Assembly (NCBI GenBank): GCA_965197285.1
Contig: OZ240092.1
Span: forward strand, 5,570,345-5,634,344
Origin: Acidobacteriota bacterium
Lineage (GTDB): Bacteria > Acidobacteriota > UBA6911 > RPQK01 > CBDAPI01
DNA length: 64,000 nucleotides
Direction: 5' to 3'
Under the pieces are notes generated by a model that was not told the origin of the DNA, made no database searches, and worked only from the letters and a program-made list of their open reading frames with translations. Position numbers and translations under genes: made by a program. This document shows, one piece after another, positions 19,529-30,793 of this stretch (position 1 is its first letter; the number at the start of each line of letters is the position of its first letter).

Positions 19529-19704
19529 AGTTACCGGTTTTCGTTCCTGTAAGAAGCGGCCTACCGGCCGCTGCGCAGTCACTGTCGTTCCTGCCTCTGC
19601 AGTTTCCTTGACGGTCGGCTTTCCTTACGGCTGGCGGGCCGATCCCGAAGATCATCTGTCCCGCCGCCGAGCAGGCAGAGGCGCGAATCTTGATGAGCGC
19701 GCCC

Positions 19705-19728
19705 ACGTGGAACGTGGAACCTGGAACG
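19705..19728 (+). repeat. Heptamer array (ACGTGGA)x2-ACCTGGA-ACG
   Basis: Same GGAACGT unit as the array at 36963-37003. Confidence 0.7.
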
Positions 19729-19755
19729 CGGGTCCTCTTCAGCTAAAATACCCCG

Positions 19756-20514
19756 GTGGACACACCCATCACCAGCGCCCAAAACCCGCAGTTCAAGCTC
19801 TGGAAACGGTACCTTCAGTCTCCCCAGGATCCGGACTGTCCCTGGATTGCCGTCGAGGGCCCTAAGCAGGTTCTTGATCTGGTTCCAAGACACAAGATCG
19901 AACTGCTGTTGCACTCGGCTGACGACTCCATTGCTCCCATCCTCAGCAGGCAAGCTCCGCCCACCGTCCGTCTCCGGTCGAGTCTGTTTGCCCGGCTTTC
20001 CGGAGTCAGGAGCCCTCAGGGACTGATTGCCTTTTTCCAGAAGCCGGTGTGGCACTGGGATGACGCGTCGGAATGGATCCTCTACCTGGAAGGGATGCAG
20101 GACCCCGGCAATCTCGGGACCCTTCTGCGCACGGCCCGGGCGACCGGCCTCTTTTCACTGGTCACAGGCCGCGAGTCGGTTTCCTTTTTCAACTCCAAGG
20201 TCGTGCGGGCCTCCAGCGGCGCTTTGTTTCAGGTGCCCTTTCTCGAGGGTATTTCCCTATCCGACTTGAAGGGACGAAACTACCGGCTCATTGCTGTCTG
20301 TGCTTCCGGCCGGAACGGTCTGCTGGACCGCCGATTCGCTCCCAGGACTGCTTTTCTCGTGGGCAGTGAGGGCAGGGGCGTGACCCGGGAAGCTCTGGAG
20401 ATGTCTGAGGAGACCCTTCGCATTCCCATGGAGCCGGGAAGCGATAGCCTGAACTCGTCGGTTGCCGGTTCGCTTATCATGTACCAGGTGTACCTTCAGA
20501 GATCACGAAAATGA
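19756..20514 (+). CDS. TrmH/SpoU-family RNA methyltransferase
   Basis: ITSAQNP; LEGMQDPGNLGTLLRTA; VGSEGRG; IPM...SLNSSVAG. Confidence 0.9.
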   Translation: MDTPITSAQNPQFKLWKRYLQSPQDPDCPWIAVEGPKQVLDLVPRHKIELLLHSADDSIAPILSRQAPPTVRLRSSLFARLSGVRSPQGLIAFFQKPVWHWDDASEWILYLEGMQDPGNLGTLLRTARATGLFSLVTGRESVSFFNSKVVRASSGALFQVPFLEGISLSDLKGRNYRLIAVCASGRNGLLDRRFAPRTAFLVGSEGRGVTREALEMSEETLRIPMEPGSDSLNSSVAGSLIMYQVYLQRSRK

Positions 20515-21863
20515 CCTCCGACCTGTTTTCCGGCAATGAGTCGACGTCGTCATCACTGCAGCAGACCGCCCCGCTGGCCGAGCGGATGCGTCCCCGCTCT
20601 TTGTCGGAAGTCGTGGGTCAGGAAGACCTGTTGTCCGAGGGCCGGTTCTTACGCCAGGTGATCGATCAGGATCAGGTTCCCTCGTTGATCCTCTGGGGGG
20701 CCCCGGGCGTCGGAAAGACCACCATTGCCAGGGTGATCGCGAGGGCAACTGGAGCCCATTTCGTTGCCCTGAGTGCGGTATTGTCCGGGGTGAAGCAGGT
20801 CAAGGAAGTGCTCAAGGACGCGGAATACCAGCAGCGGGCATTTTCCCGTCCCACGATCCTGTTCGTGGACGAGATTCACCGCTTCAACAAGGCTCAACAG
20901 GATGCCTTCCTTCCGCATGTCGAAAGCGGCGCGCTCACGCTGATCGGAGCGACTACCGAGAATCCGTCGTTCGAAGTCATCTCGCCTCTTCTCTCGAGAT
21001 GTAGAGTTGTCGTGCTGGAATCCCTGTCGGAGTCCGATCTGATCCGCCTGCTCAAGCGAGCCCTCAAGGAGAAACAGCGAGGCCTTGGATCTCTGCAGTT
21101 GTCCTGCACCGACAAAACACTGGGTCTGATCGCCAGTCACGCTAACGGTGACGCCCGGATTGCTCTCAACGCACTGGAAATCGCCGCCAGCCTGACCGAC
21201 TCCGATGCGGATCGCACCCTTGGTCCCGAGGTCGTGCGGGAAGCGCTCCAGAAGAAAACGCTTCTCTACGACAAATCCGGTGAAGAACACTTCAGCCTGA
21301 TCTCGGCCCTGCACAAATCGCTGCGTAACAGCGACGCGGACGCGGCTCTTTACTGGCTGGCTCGGATGCTGGAGGCGGGGGAGGATCCCCTTTACGTGGC
21401 GCGCCGGATGATCCGCTTTGCCTCCGAGGATGTCGGTCTGGCCGATCCCGGAGCGGTTGGAAGGGCCATCGACGGCCTTCGCGCGTTTCAGTTCATCGGA
21501 CTTCCGGAGGGAAAGCTCGCGCTTGCCCAGGTGGCGATCGACCTGGCTCTTGCTCCCAAGTCAAATGCCGTTTACCGGGCGTACGCCAGGGCGGCGACCG
21601 ATGTGGAGTCTACCCGGAGCGATCCCGTGCCGCTGCATCTCCGGAACGCTCCCACCGGTTTGATGAAAGGACTGGGCTACGGAGCCGGCTACGAATACGC
21701 CCACGACGATCCCGACGCCGTAACTGCTATGTCGTGCCTGCCTGAGAACCTCAGTGGCAGAGATTACTATCGGGCCAGCGATCACGGCTACGAAGCTCGA
21801 CTCAAACGAAGACTCCAGGAGGTCAAGAAGATGGTGGGGGCCCGCAAGACCAGAGCCACTTGA
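20511..21863 (+). CDS. rarA: Replication-associated recombination protein A (RarA/MgsA)
   Basis: PLAERMRP; GAPGVGKTT; FVDEIHRFNKAQQD; ISALHKSLRNSD; ASEDVGLADP. Confidence 0.95.
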   Translation: MTSDLFSGNESTSSSLQQTAPLAERMRPRSLSEVVGQEDLLSEGRFLRQVIDQDQVPSLILWGAPGVGKTTIARVIARATGAHFVALSAVLSGVKQVKEVLKDAEYQQRAFSRPTILFVDEIHRFNKAQQDAFLPHVESGALTLIGATTENPSFEVISPLLSRCRVVVLESLSESDLIRLLKRALKEKQRGLGSLQLSCTDKTLGLIASHANGDARIALNALEIAASLTDSDADRTLGPEVVREALQKKTLLYDKSGEEHFSLISALHKSLRNSDADAALYWLARMLEAGEDPLYVARRMIRFASEDVGLADPGAVGRAIDGLRAFQFIGLPEGKLALAQVAIDLALAPKSNAVYRAYARAATDVESTRSDPVPLHLRNAPTGLMKGLGYGAGYEYAHDDPDAVTAMSCLPENLSGRDYYRASDHGYEARLKRRLQEVKKMVGARKTRAT

Positions 21864-21923
21864 AAACACAGCCGCCGACAAGATCCGATCGAGGTTGATC
21901 GCTGTTTCCTCTCGACTACCCCT

Positions 21924-22943
21924 ATGGAGCAAGCCGTTCACGAATTCATTTCGACCCTGTCCTGGCCCTTTCTGGCCCTGACAATCGTGGCCGCTCTTGG
22001 TGTGCTGGCAAAGGCGGCTGACTGGCTGGTCGACGAGGCCGTCCACCTCTCGGCCCGGTCGGGCATCCCCAAGGTGGTTGTGGGAGCGACCATTGTGAGC
22101 CTGGGAACCACGACGCCGGAGGCAGCGGTTTCCGTCCTGGCAGCCGTGCAGGGAAGAGCCGGATTGGCACTCGGCAATGCCGTCGGCTCCATCATTTGCG
22201 ATACCGGGCTCATCCTGGGCCTGGCCTGTCTGATTGCTCCCCTTCCGCTGGACCGTAAAATTGTGAATCGGCAGGCTTGGATTCAGCTCCTGTGCGGGCT
22301 GCTGCTGGTTGGGGCCTCGTTGCCCTGGACCCGTCTGAACGCGGTGTTTACCGAGGGAGGGAATCTGAGCCGCCCCAGTGGTGTCTTCTTTCTCGTTCTG
22401 CTGGCCGGGTACCTTTGGATCTCGGTCCTGTGGGCGAGAGGAGGGACTCCCGGGCTGTCCTCAAAGCCGACCCGGGAAGAGGGCGGGGGCGCCCTGGGGA
22501 TCCTGCTGCGCCTGTTGCTTGCCATTGCTCTGGTGGTGGGCTCATCCTGGATCCTCATCCCAGCCGTCACCGAGGCTGCATCACGAATGCAGATACCGGA
22601 AAGCATCATCGCCGCCACTCTGGTCGCCTTCGGAACGTCGCTGCCGGAGCTGGTTACGGCCGTCACGGCGGCCCGCCAGGGCCACGGTGAACTGGCGGTG
22701 GGCAATGTGGTGGGGGCCGATATTCTCAACGCCCTGTTTGTAGCCGGAGCCTCGGCGGCAGTCACGCCTGCAGGCCTGTCGGCCCCGGTCCATTTTTTCT
22801 CGCTCTACTTTCCATCCATGTTGTTTCTCCTGGTGGTGCTGCGGATTGGGATTTTCGTCTCCAAGGATCACCTGACACGACCCTTCGGGGTGATTCTACT
22901 GGTCGCCTACCTCGCCGTCACCGTAATCAGCTACCGACCATGA
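21924..22943 (+). CDS. Calcium/sodium antiporter (CaCA, YrbG-like)
   Basis: Two alpha repeats: GATIVSLGTTTPE...GNAVGS and AFGTSLPEL...GNVVGAD. Confidence 0.92.
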   Translation: MEQAVHEFISTLSWPFLALTIVAALGVLAKAADWLVDEAVHLSARSGIPKVVVGATIVSLGTTTPEAAVSVLAAVQGRAGLALGNAVGSIICDTGLILGLACLIAPLPLDRKIVNRQAWIQLLCGLLLVGASLPWTRLNAVFTEGGNLSRPSGVFFLVLLAGYLWISVLWARGGTPGLSSKPTREEGGGALGILLRLLLAIALVVGSSWILIPAVTEAASRMQIPESIIAATLVAFGTSLPELVTAVTAARQGHGELAVGNVVGADILNALFVAGASAAVTPAGLSAPVHFFSLYFPSMLFLLVVLRIGIFVSKDHLTRPFGVILLVAYLAVTVISYRP

Positions 22944-22970
22944 CTCTCGCGAAGTGAAAGTCGAAAGGAA

Positions 22971-24827
22971 TTGGCCTTGCCCACCATGATTCCTGCGCTG
23001 ATCGGACTCTTTGGTTTCTGTCTGCTGCCGGGTTTGGCCTTGTTGAAGAGGGGGCGCCCCTGGGTCGAGCAGGTGGGTACGTCGGTTGCAATCAGCGTGG
23101 CCTTGAACTCTCTTGTGGTCATGCTCCTGGTTCTTTACGAGGTCTACACTCCCGTCACCGGGTGGATCTGGCTGGTAGTTTTGATGGCGATCACCCTTGG
23201 TATGCGCCGAGAGCGGGACTGGATCCGATCCAGGTTCCACGCGCCGGTACCGGCGACCGACGAGGGGGCCTCCAGCGCAATGCTCGTCCCGGTGGTTGCG
23301 GTCGTGGCCTATAAATCCTTCGGACTCCCCTTCTATGCCTGGGACAGCATCGCTTCCTGGAACCGATGGGCGCGGGCCTTTACTCTCGACCCGGATTTCT
23401 TCGCCAGAACCGAGTTCTTTCATCCTCAATATCTGTCCTGGGGTATGAGTTTTCCCTACGTTCTCTCGGGGGATGCCTCTCAGGAGCCGTCCGCCCACGG
23501 CTTTGCGTTCTTCAGCTTTCTGATCCTGTGGGCCGGTGTGTGGCGGCTCTCCGTCTGTTTTTCGGTCCCCGGAGCCCTTGCCTGCACCGCCGTTATGGTT
23601 CCGCTGGGCGTATCCAGCTACGCGGGAACCGGTTACTCAGATATCGCGGCCAGCGGTTTCTCCTGCCTGGCCCTGGCGCTGGCTCTGGAAGCGTTTTCAA
23701 TTTCGGGAGCTGCGCGGGACCCGGTTCTCCGGCGCTCGGCCCGAAACCGGGCTCTTGCAGCCGGCCTGGCGGCCGGCACAGCGTTCCACTACAAGCTTCT
23801 GGCTCCGCTCGGATTCGGCGCGCTCATTCTTGGCCTGCTCGTCCTGAGCGGGCGATCCGGTATGGGGAGGCGCCTCAAATTGTCGGTGGTGAGCGGACTC
23901 GCAAGCCTGGCTGTGATTGCCCCCTGGGCGCTGTCCAGCCGTGCAGCCTTCACGGATCCTCTGCTCCACTATGTCACTACCGGCATCCACGGAGACGCTT
24001 CCAGGATCGGAATCCTCGTCGATGGCGCCTCGATGTTTGTGGCGGGCACGACCGCTTTCAATTCGCCAGTCATAGACCTGTGTGTTTTCCTGGTGGGGTT
24101 GTTTCTCTTCTTGATCGGCTGCCGGAGAAGCGCGCAGGCGACTGCCCTGGGCGCAGCGGCCGGATTGGGTGCTCTTGTCTGGATGACAACCGCAAACTAC
24201 GACACGAGGGCTCTGATGCCATTTCAGATGGCTGCCATCGTTCTTTCGTTGGCCGGCCTGGACGTGATTCTGCGCCGCTTCCGAAATGAGAACCTGCGCT
24301 ACTCGCTGGTGCTCTCCCTGCAGCTCACGTGTCTCCTCGCCTATCTGATGCCCCAGCTGGCTCCCGACTTCCGGGTTGGCGCCGGCAGAGCCATGGACTG
24401 GCAACCTGGAAGGCACTGGATCAAGGCCTCTCCCCTGAGCGGTCGAGCCGAGAAGCTCAGACTCCTGCAACCGGCCCTCGCCGACCTGACTGCCTGGCAG
24501 CAGGCCCACCCGGAGTTCTCGGGATCGATCTGGACGAATCCTCTGCTCCTGGCCCAACTCGACCCGATCCAGGCCGAGAGCAGCAGAGGCTGGATGGGGA
24601 AAGTGGAGTGGGAGGGAGAGGTGCTCTGGAAACACGGAGACGTGCTGCTGGTGTGCGATTTTGACCGCGACACTCCCAAGCTTTCGTATCCGGTGATCGA
24701 TGCACTCGTAGGAAGCCCGGCGACTACCTGGGGTCCATGGGTAATAGCGGCAGAGCAGAAAAGGGTCATCCAGCTTCAGGCCGAATATGAAAGCCTGAGC
24801 GCGTACGAAATCGTCGCAAATCCATAG
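22971..24827 (+). CDS. Polytopic membrane protein, probable GT-C fold (PMT/GT39-like) glycosyltransferase
   Basis: More than ten hydrophobic segments; acidic loop motif AWDSIASW; YSDIA; HYKLLA; C-terminal soluble domain. Confidence 0.55.
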   Translation: MALPTMIPALIGLFGFCLLPGLALLKRGRPWVEQVGTSVAISVALNSLVVMLLVLYEVYTPVTGWIWLVVLMAITLGMRRERDWIRSRFHAPVPATDEGASSAMLVPVVAVVAYKSFGLPFYAWDSIASWNRWARAFTLDPDFFARTEFFHPQYLSWGMSFPYVLSGDASQEPSAHGFAFFSFLILWAGVWRLSVCFSVPGALACTAVMVPLGVSSYAGTGYSDIAASGFSCLALALALEAFSISGAARDPVLRRSARNRALAAGLAAGTAFHYKLLAPLGFGALILGLLVLSGRSGMGRRLKLSVVSGLASLAVIAPWALSSRAAFTDPLLHYVTTGIHGDASRIGILVDGASMFVAGTTAFNSPVIDLCVFLVGLFLFLIGCRRSAQATALGAAAGLGALVWMTTANYDTRALMPFQMAAIVLSLAGLDVILRRFRNENLRYSLVLSLQLTCLLAYLMPQLAPDFRVGAGRAMDWQPGRHWIKASPLSGRAEKLRLLQPALADLTAWQQAHPEFSGSIWTNPLLLAQLDPIQAESSRGWMGKVEWEGEVLWKHGDVLLVCDFDRDTPKLSYPVIDALVGSPATTWGPWVIAAEQKRVIQLQAEYESLSAYEIVANP

Positions 24828-24835
24828 GTCAGATT

Positions 24836-24920
24836 GTAGGGGCGACCCGGCCCCTACGAATGTAGGGGCGACTCCGGGTGGTCGCCCGCCACAACGGGCC
24901 GGAACAAGACCGGCCCCTAC
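24836..24920. repeat. GTAG-class REP elements forming a REPIN-like doublet
   Basis: GTAGGGGCGACCCGGCCCCTAC (24836-24857), then GTAG-GGGCGAC-tccgggtg-GTCGCCC (24862-24887) facing inverted GGGCCGG-aacaaga-CCGGCCC-CTAC (24896-24920). Confidence 0.8.
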
Positions 24921-25072
24921 GAGGGGTGTTAGTAACGCAGGTTGACTGGTGTGGAGACCTATAGAATCGCCCAGGGGCTTCCCGGCTAGGAATCCGCCTC
25001 CAAGTTTTGTAGATTGGCTGTCGGGAATCTGACAGGCAGGCAGAATAAAGTCGAGGTGTTGACGTAATACCC

Positions 25073-25623
25073 GTGTCCAAGAACGACGTGGATGTGAGAG
25101 AGGAGGAGCTGTTGAGCAGGCTGCAGCCGGAACCAGAGAAGCTTACGGCCAAATCTTCAAGCTCCATCGAGACCGGGCCTACGGTCTGGCATTTCACTAC
25201 ACGAAGAACAAGGAAGACGCTATGGATGTCGTCCAGGACGCCTTCATGCGCGCTTACTTGAACTTGAACAAGTTTGACTTCCGGCGCGAGTTTCGACCCT
25301 GGCTTTTGTCGATCGTGCGCAACCTGGCCATCGACCTGCTGCGCAAGCGAAAACGCACGCGCACGGATGAATTACCTGCTGTTCTGCGGGAACGCAGCGA
25401 CCGGAATCATGCCGACCGGAAGCTGCTCAAGAGAGAAATCCGGGATCTGATGAACGAGCTCTCCGAAACCAAGAGAGAGATCATTTTCTTGAAAGATTAT
25501 CAGGGCCACAGCTACGCCGAAATCGCCGAAATCATGGACATTCCACTGGGCACCGTAATGTCCCGGCTTCATCATGCACGCAAGAAACTGGCTGCTCTAC
25601 TCCGAGAGCGAAGAAATGTCTGA
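25073..25623 (+). pseudogene. ECF sigma-70 factor with a single-base frameshift near 25126
   Basis: Frame A gives MSKNDVDVREEELLSRLQ; another frame continues AGTREAYGQIFKLHRDRAYGLAFHY...DAMDVVQDAF...FRPWLLSIVRN...GHSYAEIAEIMDIPLGTVMSRLHHAR. Adding one G after 25126 gives 183 aa. May be an assembly error. Confidence 0.75.
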
Positions 25624-26050
25624 CAAAGAGATCGAGGTACTGCTCTCAGGCTATCTTGACGGCGAACTCACCCAACAGGAGAGACAGAAAGTCCGTGTGT
25701 ATCTGGAGCGGGATGAGCGCTACCGGGAGATTCTGGCCGAACTCGAACGAGTGAAGACTGAAACGCAGCACCTGCACTATGAGGAGCCCAGTTCAGGAGA
25801 TTGGAAGATGATGGAGAAGAAAGTACTACAGGATGTGAGCCGAGGCCTGGGCTGGATGATCCTGTCGGTCTGGGCGGTCTCTGTGACGTCCTACGGGCTG
25901 TGGGAGCTGGCCACTGCTCCCGACGAACCGCTCACGGACAAGCTCCTGGTCTTTGGATTCTTTCTGGCAATGGCCCTTCTCTTCTGCTCGGTTCTCACCC
26001 AGCGAATACGCGAGAGTCGCACGGACAAGTACAAGGGAGTCTACAAATGA
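25616..26050 (+). CDS. Membrane-anchored anti-sigma factor (zf-HC2-like N-terminus lacking the Cys/His ligands)
   Basis: ATG 25616; LLSGYLDGELT...; two C-terminal TM helices; overlaps the sigma stop codon. Confidence 0.75.
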   Translation: MSDKEIEVLLSGYLDGELTQQERQKVRVYLERDERYREILAELERVKTETQHLHYEEPSSGDWKMMEKKVLQDVSRGLGWMILSVWAVSVTSYGLWELATAPDEPLTDKLLVFGFFLAMALLFCSVLTQRIRESRTDKYKGVYK

Positions 26051-26361
26051 TCGTTACCACGACGGAAGAGATTACGGGCCGGCGGGTCGTCAAGACCATC
26101 GGAGTGGTTCGCGGCAATGCCGTCCGATCGAGGCATCTGGGGAAGGACATACTGGCCGTTCTTCGCAATGTCGTCGGGGGTGAGATCCACGAGTATGTCA
26201 AGCTGGCCGCGGAAGCCCGCGAACAGGCCATGGACCGAATGGTGGAAGAGGCGGAAGAACTGGGGGCCAACGGTATCGTCGGCATCCGCTTCGGAACCGC
26301 CATGATCATGTCCGGCGCCGCCGAGCTGCTGGTCTACGGAACAGCCGTGGTTGTGGAGTAG
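26047..26361 (+). CDS. YbjQ/UPF0145 family protein
   Basis: ATG 26047; MIVTTTEEITG...GVVRGNAVRSRHLGKD...GGEI..Y...AREQAMDRM...GANGIVGIRF...AELLVYGTAV. Confidence 0.92.
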   Translation: MIVTTTEEITGRRVVKTIGVVRGNAVRSRHLGKDILAVLRNVVGGEIHEYVKLAAEAREQAMDRMVEEAEELGANGIVGIRFGTAMIMSGAAELLVYGTAVVVE

Positions 26362-26372
26362 CAAAAAAAAGA

Positions 26373-26470
26373 TTAAAAATTAAAGATTAAAAATTGAACA
26401 ATTCGAGATCGGCGTCGATCTGACCAGCAAATCTCTGAGTCTTTAATTCTTAAATCTTTAATTTTTAATT
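26373..26470. repeat. Two heptamer arrays (TTAAAAA/TTAAAGA) in inverted orientation
   Basis: Plus strand ttaaaaa ttaaaga ttaaaaa ttgaaca at 26373-26400; reverse-complement array at about 26440-26470; between convergent genes. Confidence 0.85.
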
Positions 26471-26475
26471 AGTCC

Positions 26476-27003
26476 TTACAGCTCCATCACCCGAATATCG
26501 TCGGCGATGTGGAGGCTGGTGCCGGTTCGAATCTTCACTTCGTCGGTCCCGACCCGGGGAGCGACTTCAGTCAGGACCAATCCCAGGTCGGAGATCTCGA
26601 TCACTCCCAGCTCCGTGATGACTTTCTCGACACAACTGCTGCAGGTCACGGGGGAGCGGCACTCTTTGAGCAGCTTTGGCTGGCCATCCGAGTGATTGTG
26701 CAGCGTAGCAACGATCACCCGGATCCCGTTGAGCAGCTGGACTGATTCGTGGCCCGTGACCACGACATCGCCGCTGGCCGACACCTCATCCGCCTCGACT
26801 ACGATCACACCCCCGGAAAGGTCCTCCTGTTCGCCCTCGTCGAGACTGCGGATCACGGTTCCGGTGGGCAGCAGTCTCCGCAGGCTCTGTGGCAGCCCGG
26901 CACCCAGCGCGATGGTGTCTTCGTTGGTCAGCTCCTGGCGCACCCGCTCAAGGATGATTCTCTGATCCTCGGCGCTGGTTCCATCTTCCGACATGCTCTT
27001 CAT
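26476..27003 (-). CDS. CoA-transferase subunit B-like protein, degenerate
   Basis: RVRQEL...IALGAGLP at the N-terminus and GQPKLLKEC..PVT...VEKVITELGVIEI...LVLTEVAP.V..DEV...TG at the C-terminus match ScoB/AtoA; the central region is much shortened. Confidence 0.7.
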   Translation of the reverse strand: MKSMSEDGTSAEDQRIILERVRQELTNEDTIALGAGLPQSLRRLLPTGTVIRSLDEGEQEDLSGGVIVVEADEVSASGDVVVTGHESVQLLNGIRVIVATLHNHSDGQPKLLKECRSPVTCSSCVEKVITELGVIEISDLGLVLTEVAPRVGTDEVKIRTGTSLHIADDIRVMEL

Positions 27004-27086
27004 CCTAATGAATTGGGTCCTGTGGAAACGTCTCGTCCCTCACACTTGTTTCGTCCTCGTCCCGGCAGGCGCCACCACGTCAAATC

Positions 27087-27120
27087 AAAAAGCCCCTGGG
27101 ACCGGTGTGGCTCCAGGGGC
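27087..27120 (-). terminator. Intrinsic terminator of the 23S-5S unit
   Basis: Minus strand GCCCCTGG-N13-CCAGGGGC followed by TTTTT. Confidence 0.8.
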
Positions 27121-27126
27121 ATAAGA

Positions 27127-27243
27127 TCCGGCAACGACCTACGTTCCCACATAGTTCCCCATGCAGTATCATCGGCGCTGGAGGGCTTAACTTCTGTGTT
27201 CGGGATGGGAACAGGTGTGACCCCTCCGCTAGAGCCACCGGAA
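27127..27243 (-). rRNA. rrf: 5S rRNA
   Basis: Minus strand TTCCGGTGGC...CACCTGTTCCCATCCCGAACACAGAAGTTAAG...GAGCGTAGGTCGTTGCCGGA. Confidence 0.97.
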
Positions 27244-27304
27244 ACTGTTAAAGATCGATGTCGTCGGGCAAACACACAAGTGTTTTGTGCGACAAAATAT
27301 TCTA

Positions 27305-30268
<2,964 letters not shown>

Positions 30269-30347
30269 TAGAATATTTTGGCGCACAATCGCACCAAAGT
30301 CTTAAGCCATGTTACTTGTGGTTTTGCCCATTATGATGCAGCCAAAT

Positions 30348-30358
30348 TGTCAAAGAAC
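30348..30358 (-). promoter_or_regulatory. boxA-like antitermination element in the 23S leader
   Basis: GTTCTTTGACA on the minus strand, between the promoter and the 23S 5' end. Confidence 0.65.
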
Positions 30359-30401
30359 TTCGTGCCCTAGGAGCACAATTTGCTCAGAAGGGCAAACCAT
30401 C

Positions 30402-30431
30402 ATTTTAAGCAAGATGAAGCGCGGTTGTCAA
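30402..30431 (-). promoter_or_regulatory. Sigma70 promoter directly upstream of the 23S rRNA
   Basis: TTGACA (30431-30426), 18-nt spacer, TAAAAT (30407-30402). Confidence 0.8.
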
Positions 30432-30434
30432 CTC

Positions 30435-30479
30435 CGACGACTAGTCGTCGACCGCTCTGACGACTAGTCGTCACCGCTC
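30435..30479. repeat. Twin 16-bp perfect palindromes (core GACGACTAGTCGTC) in a 23-bp direct repeat
   Basis: CGACGACTAGTCGTCG at 30435-30450 and TGACGACTAGTCGTCA at 30458-30473; ACCGCTC follows each copy. Confidence 0.9.
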
Positions 30480-30793
30480 AAGGCCGGAGCCGCCGATCGA
30501 GACCTCTGTGGCGAATACGGCTGGCACGTCGGAGCGCTCGGTGAAGGAAAAGAAGGCCCGGTGGGCGCGACAAGTCAGGGGTTGGGGGAGGGCGCGCCCA
30601 CCAATCTTGAACAAACATGGAAATTATAACGAAAGGCAACAAATAAAGGCAAACAAAAGAGGAAATTCTTGGGTCAGATGGGCTGGCAGCCACTGGTAGG
30701 GTGCACCGGAGGCCGATTCATCCTTTCAACTGACAAAAAAGTCTCTTTGAGCGTCTTTTCGGGGAGGTCCCATCGCCACGTCTGTCTCTCATG

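Noticed and set aside
19530-19755. Riboswitch or ncRNA between the receptor and the methyltransferase gene
   Set aside because: Only short GC hairpins (e.g. AGCGGC-N6-GCCGCT) and a heptamer array; no recognisable aptamer motif.
25041-25068. Autoregulatory ECF promoter (CGTAAT just before the sigma start)
   Set aside because: No convincing -35 (GAAC/TGAAAC-type) at the right spacing; too weak to call.
25060-25222. ECF sigma starting in the downstream frame, or by read-through of TGA 25060
   Set aside because: That frame has no start codon before 25222 and its upstream residues (VQERRGCERGG) are not sigma-like, whereas frame A gives the expected EEELLSRLQ; a frameshift explains it better.
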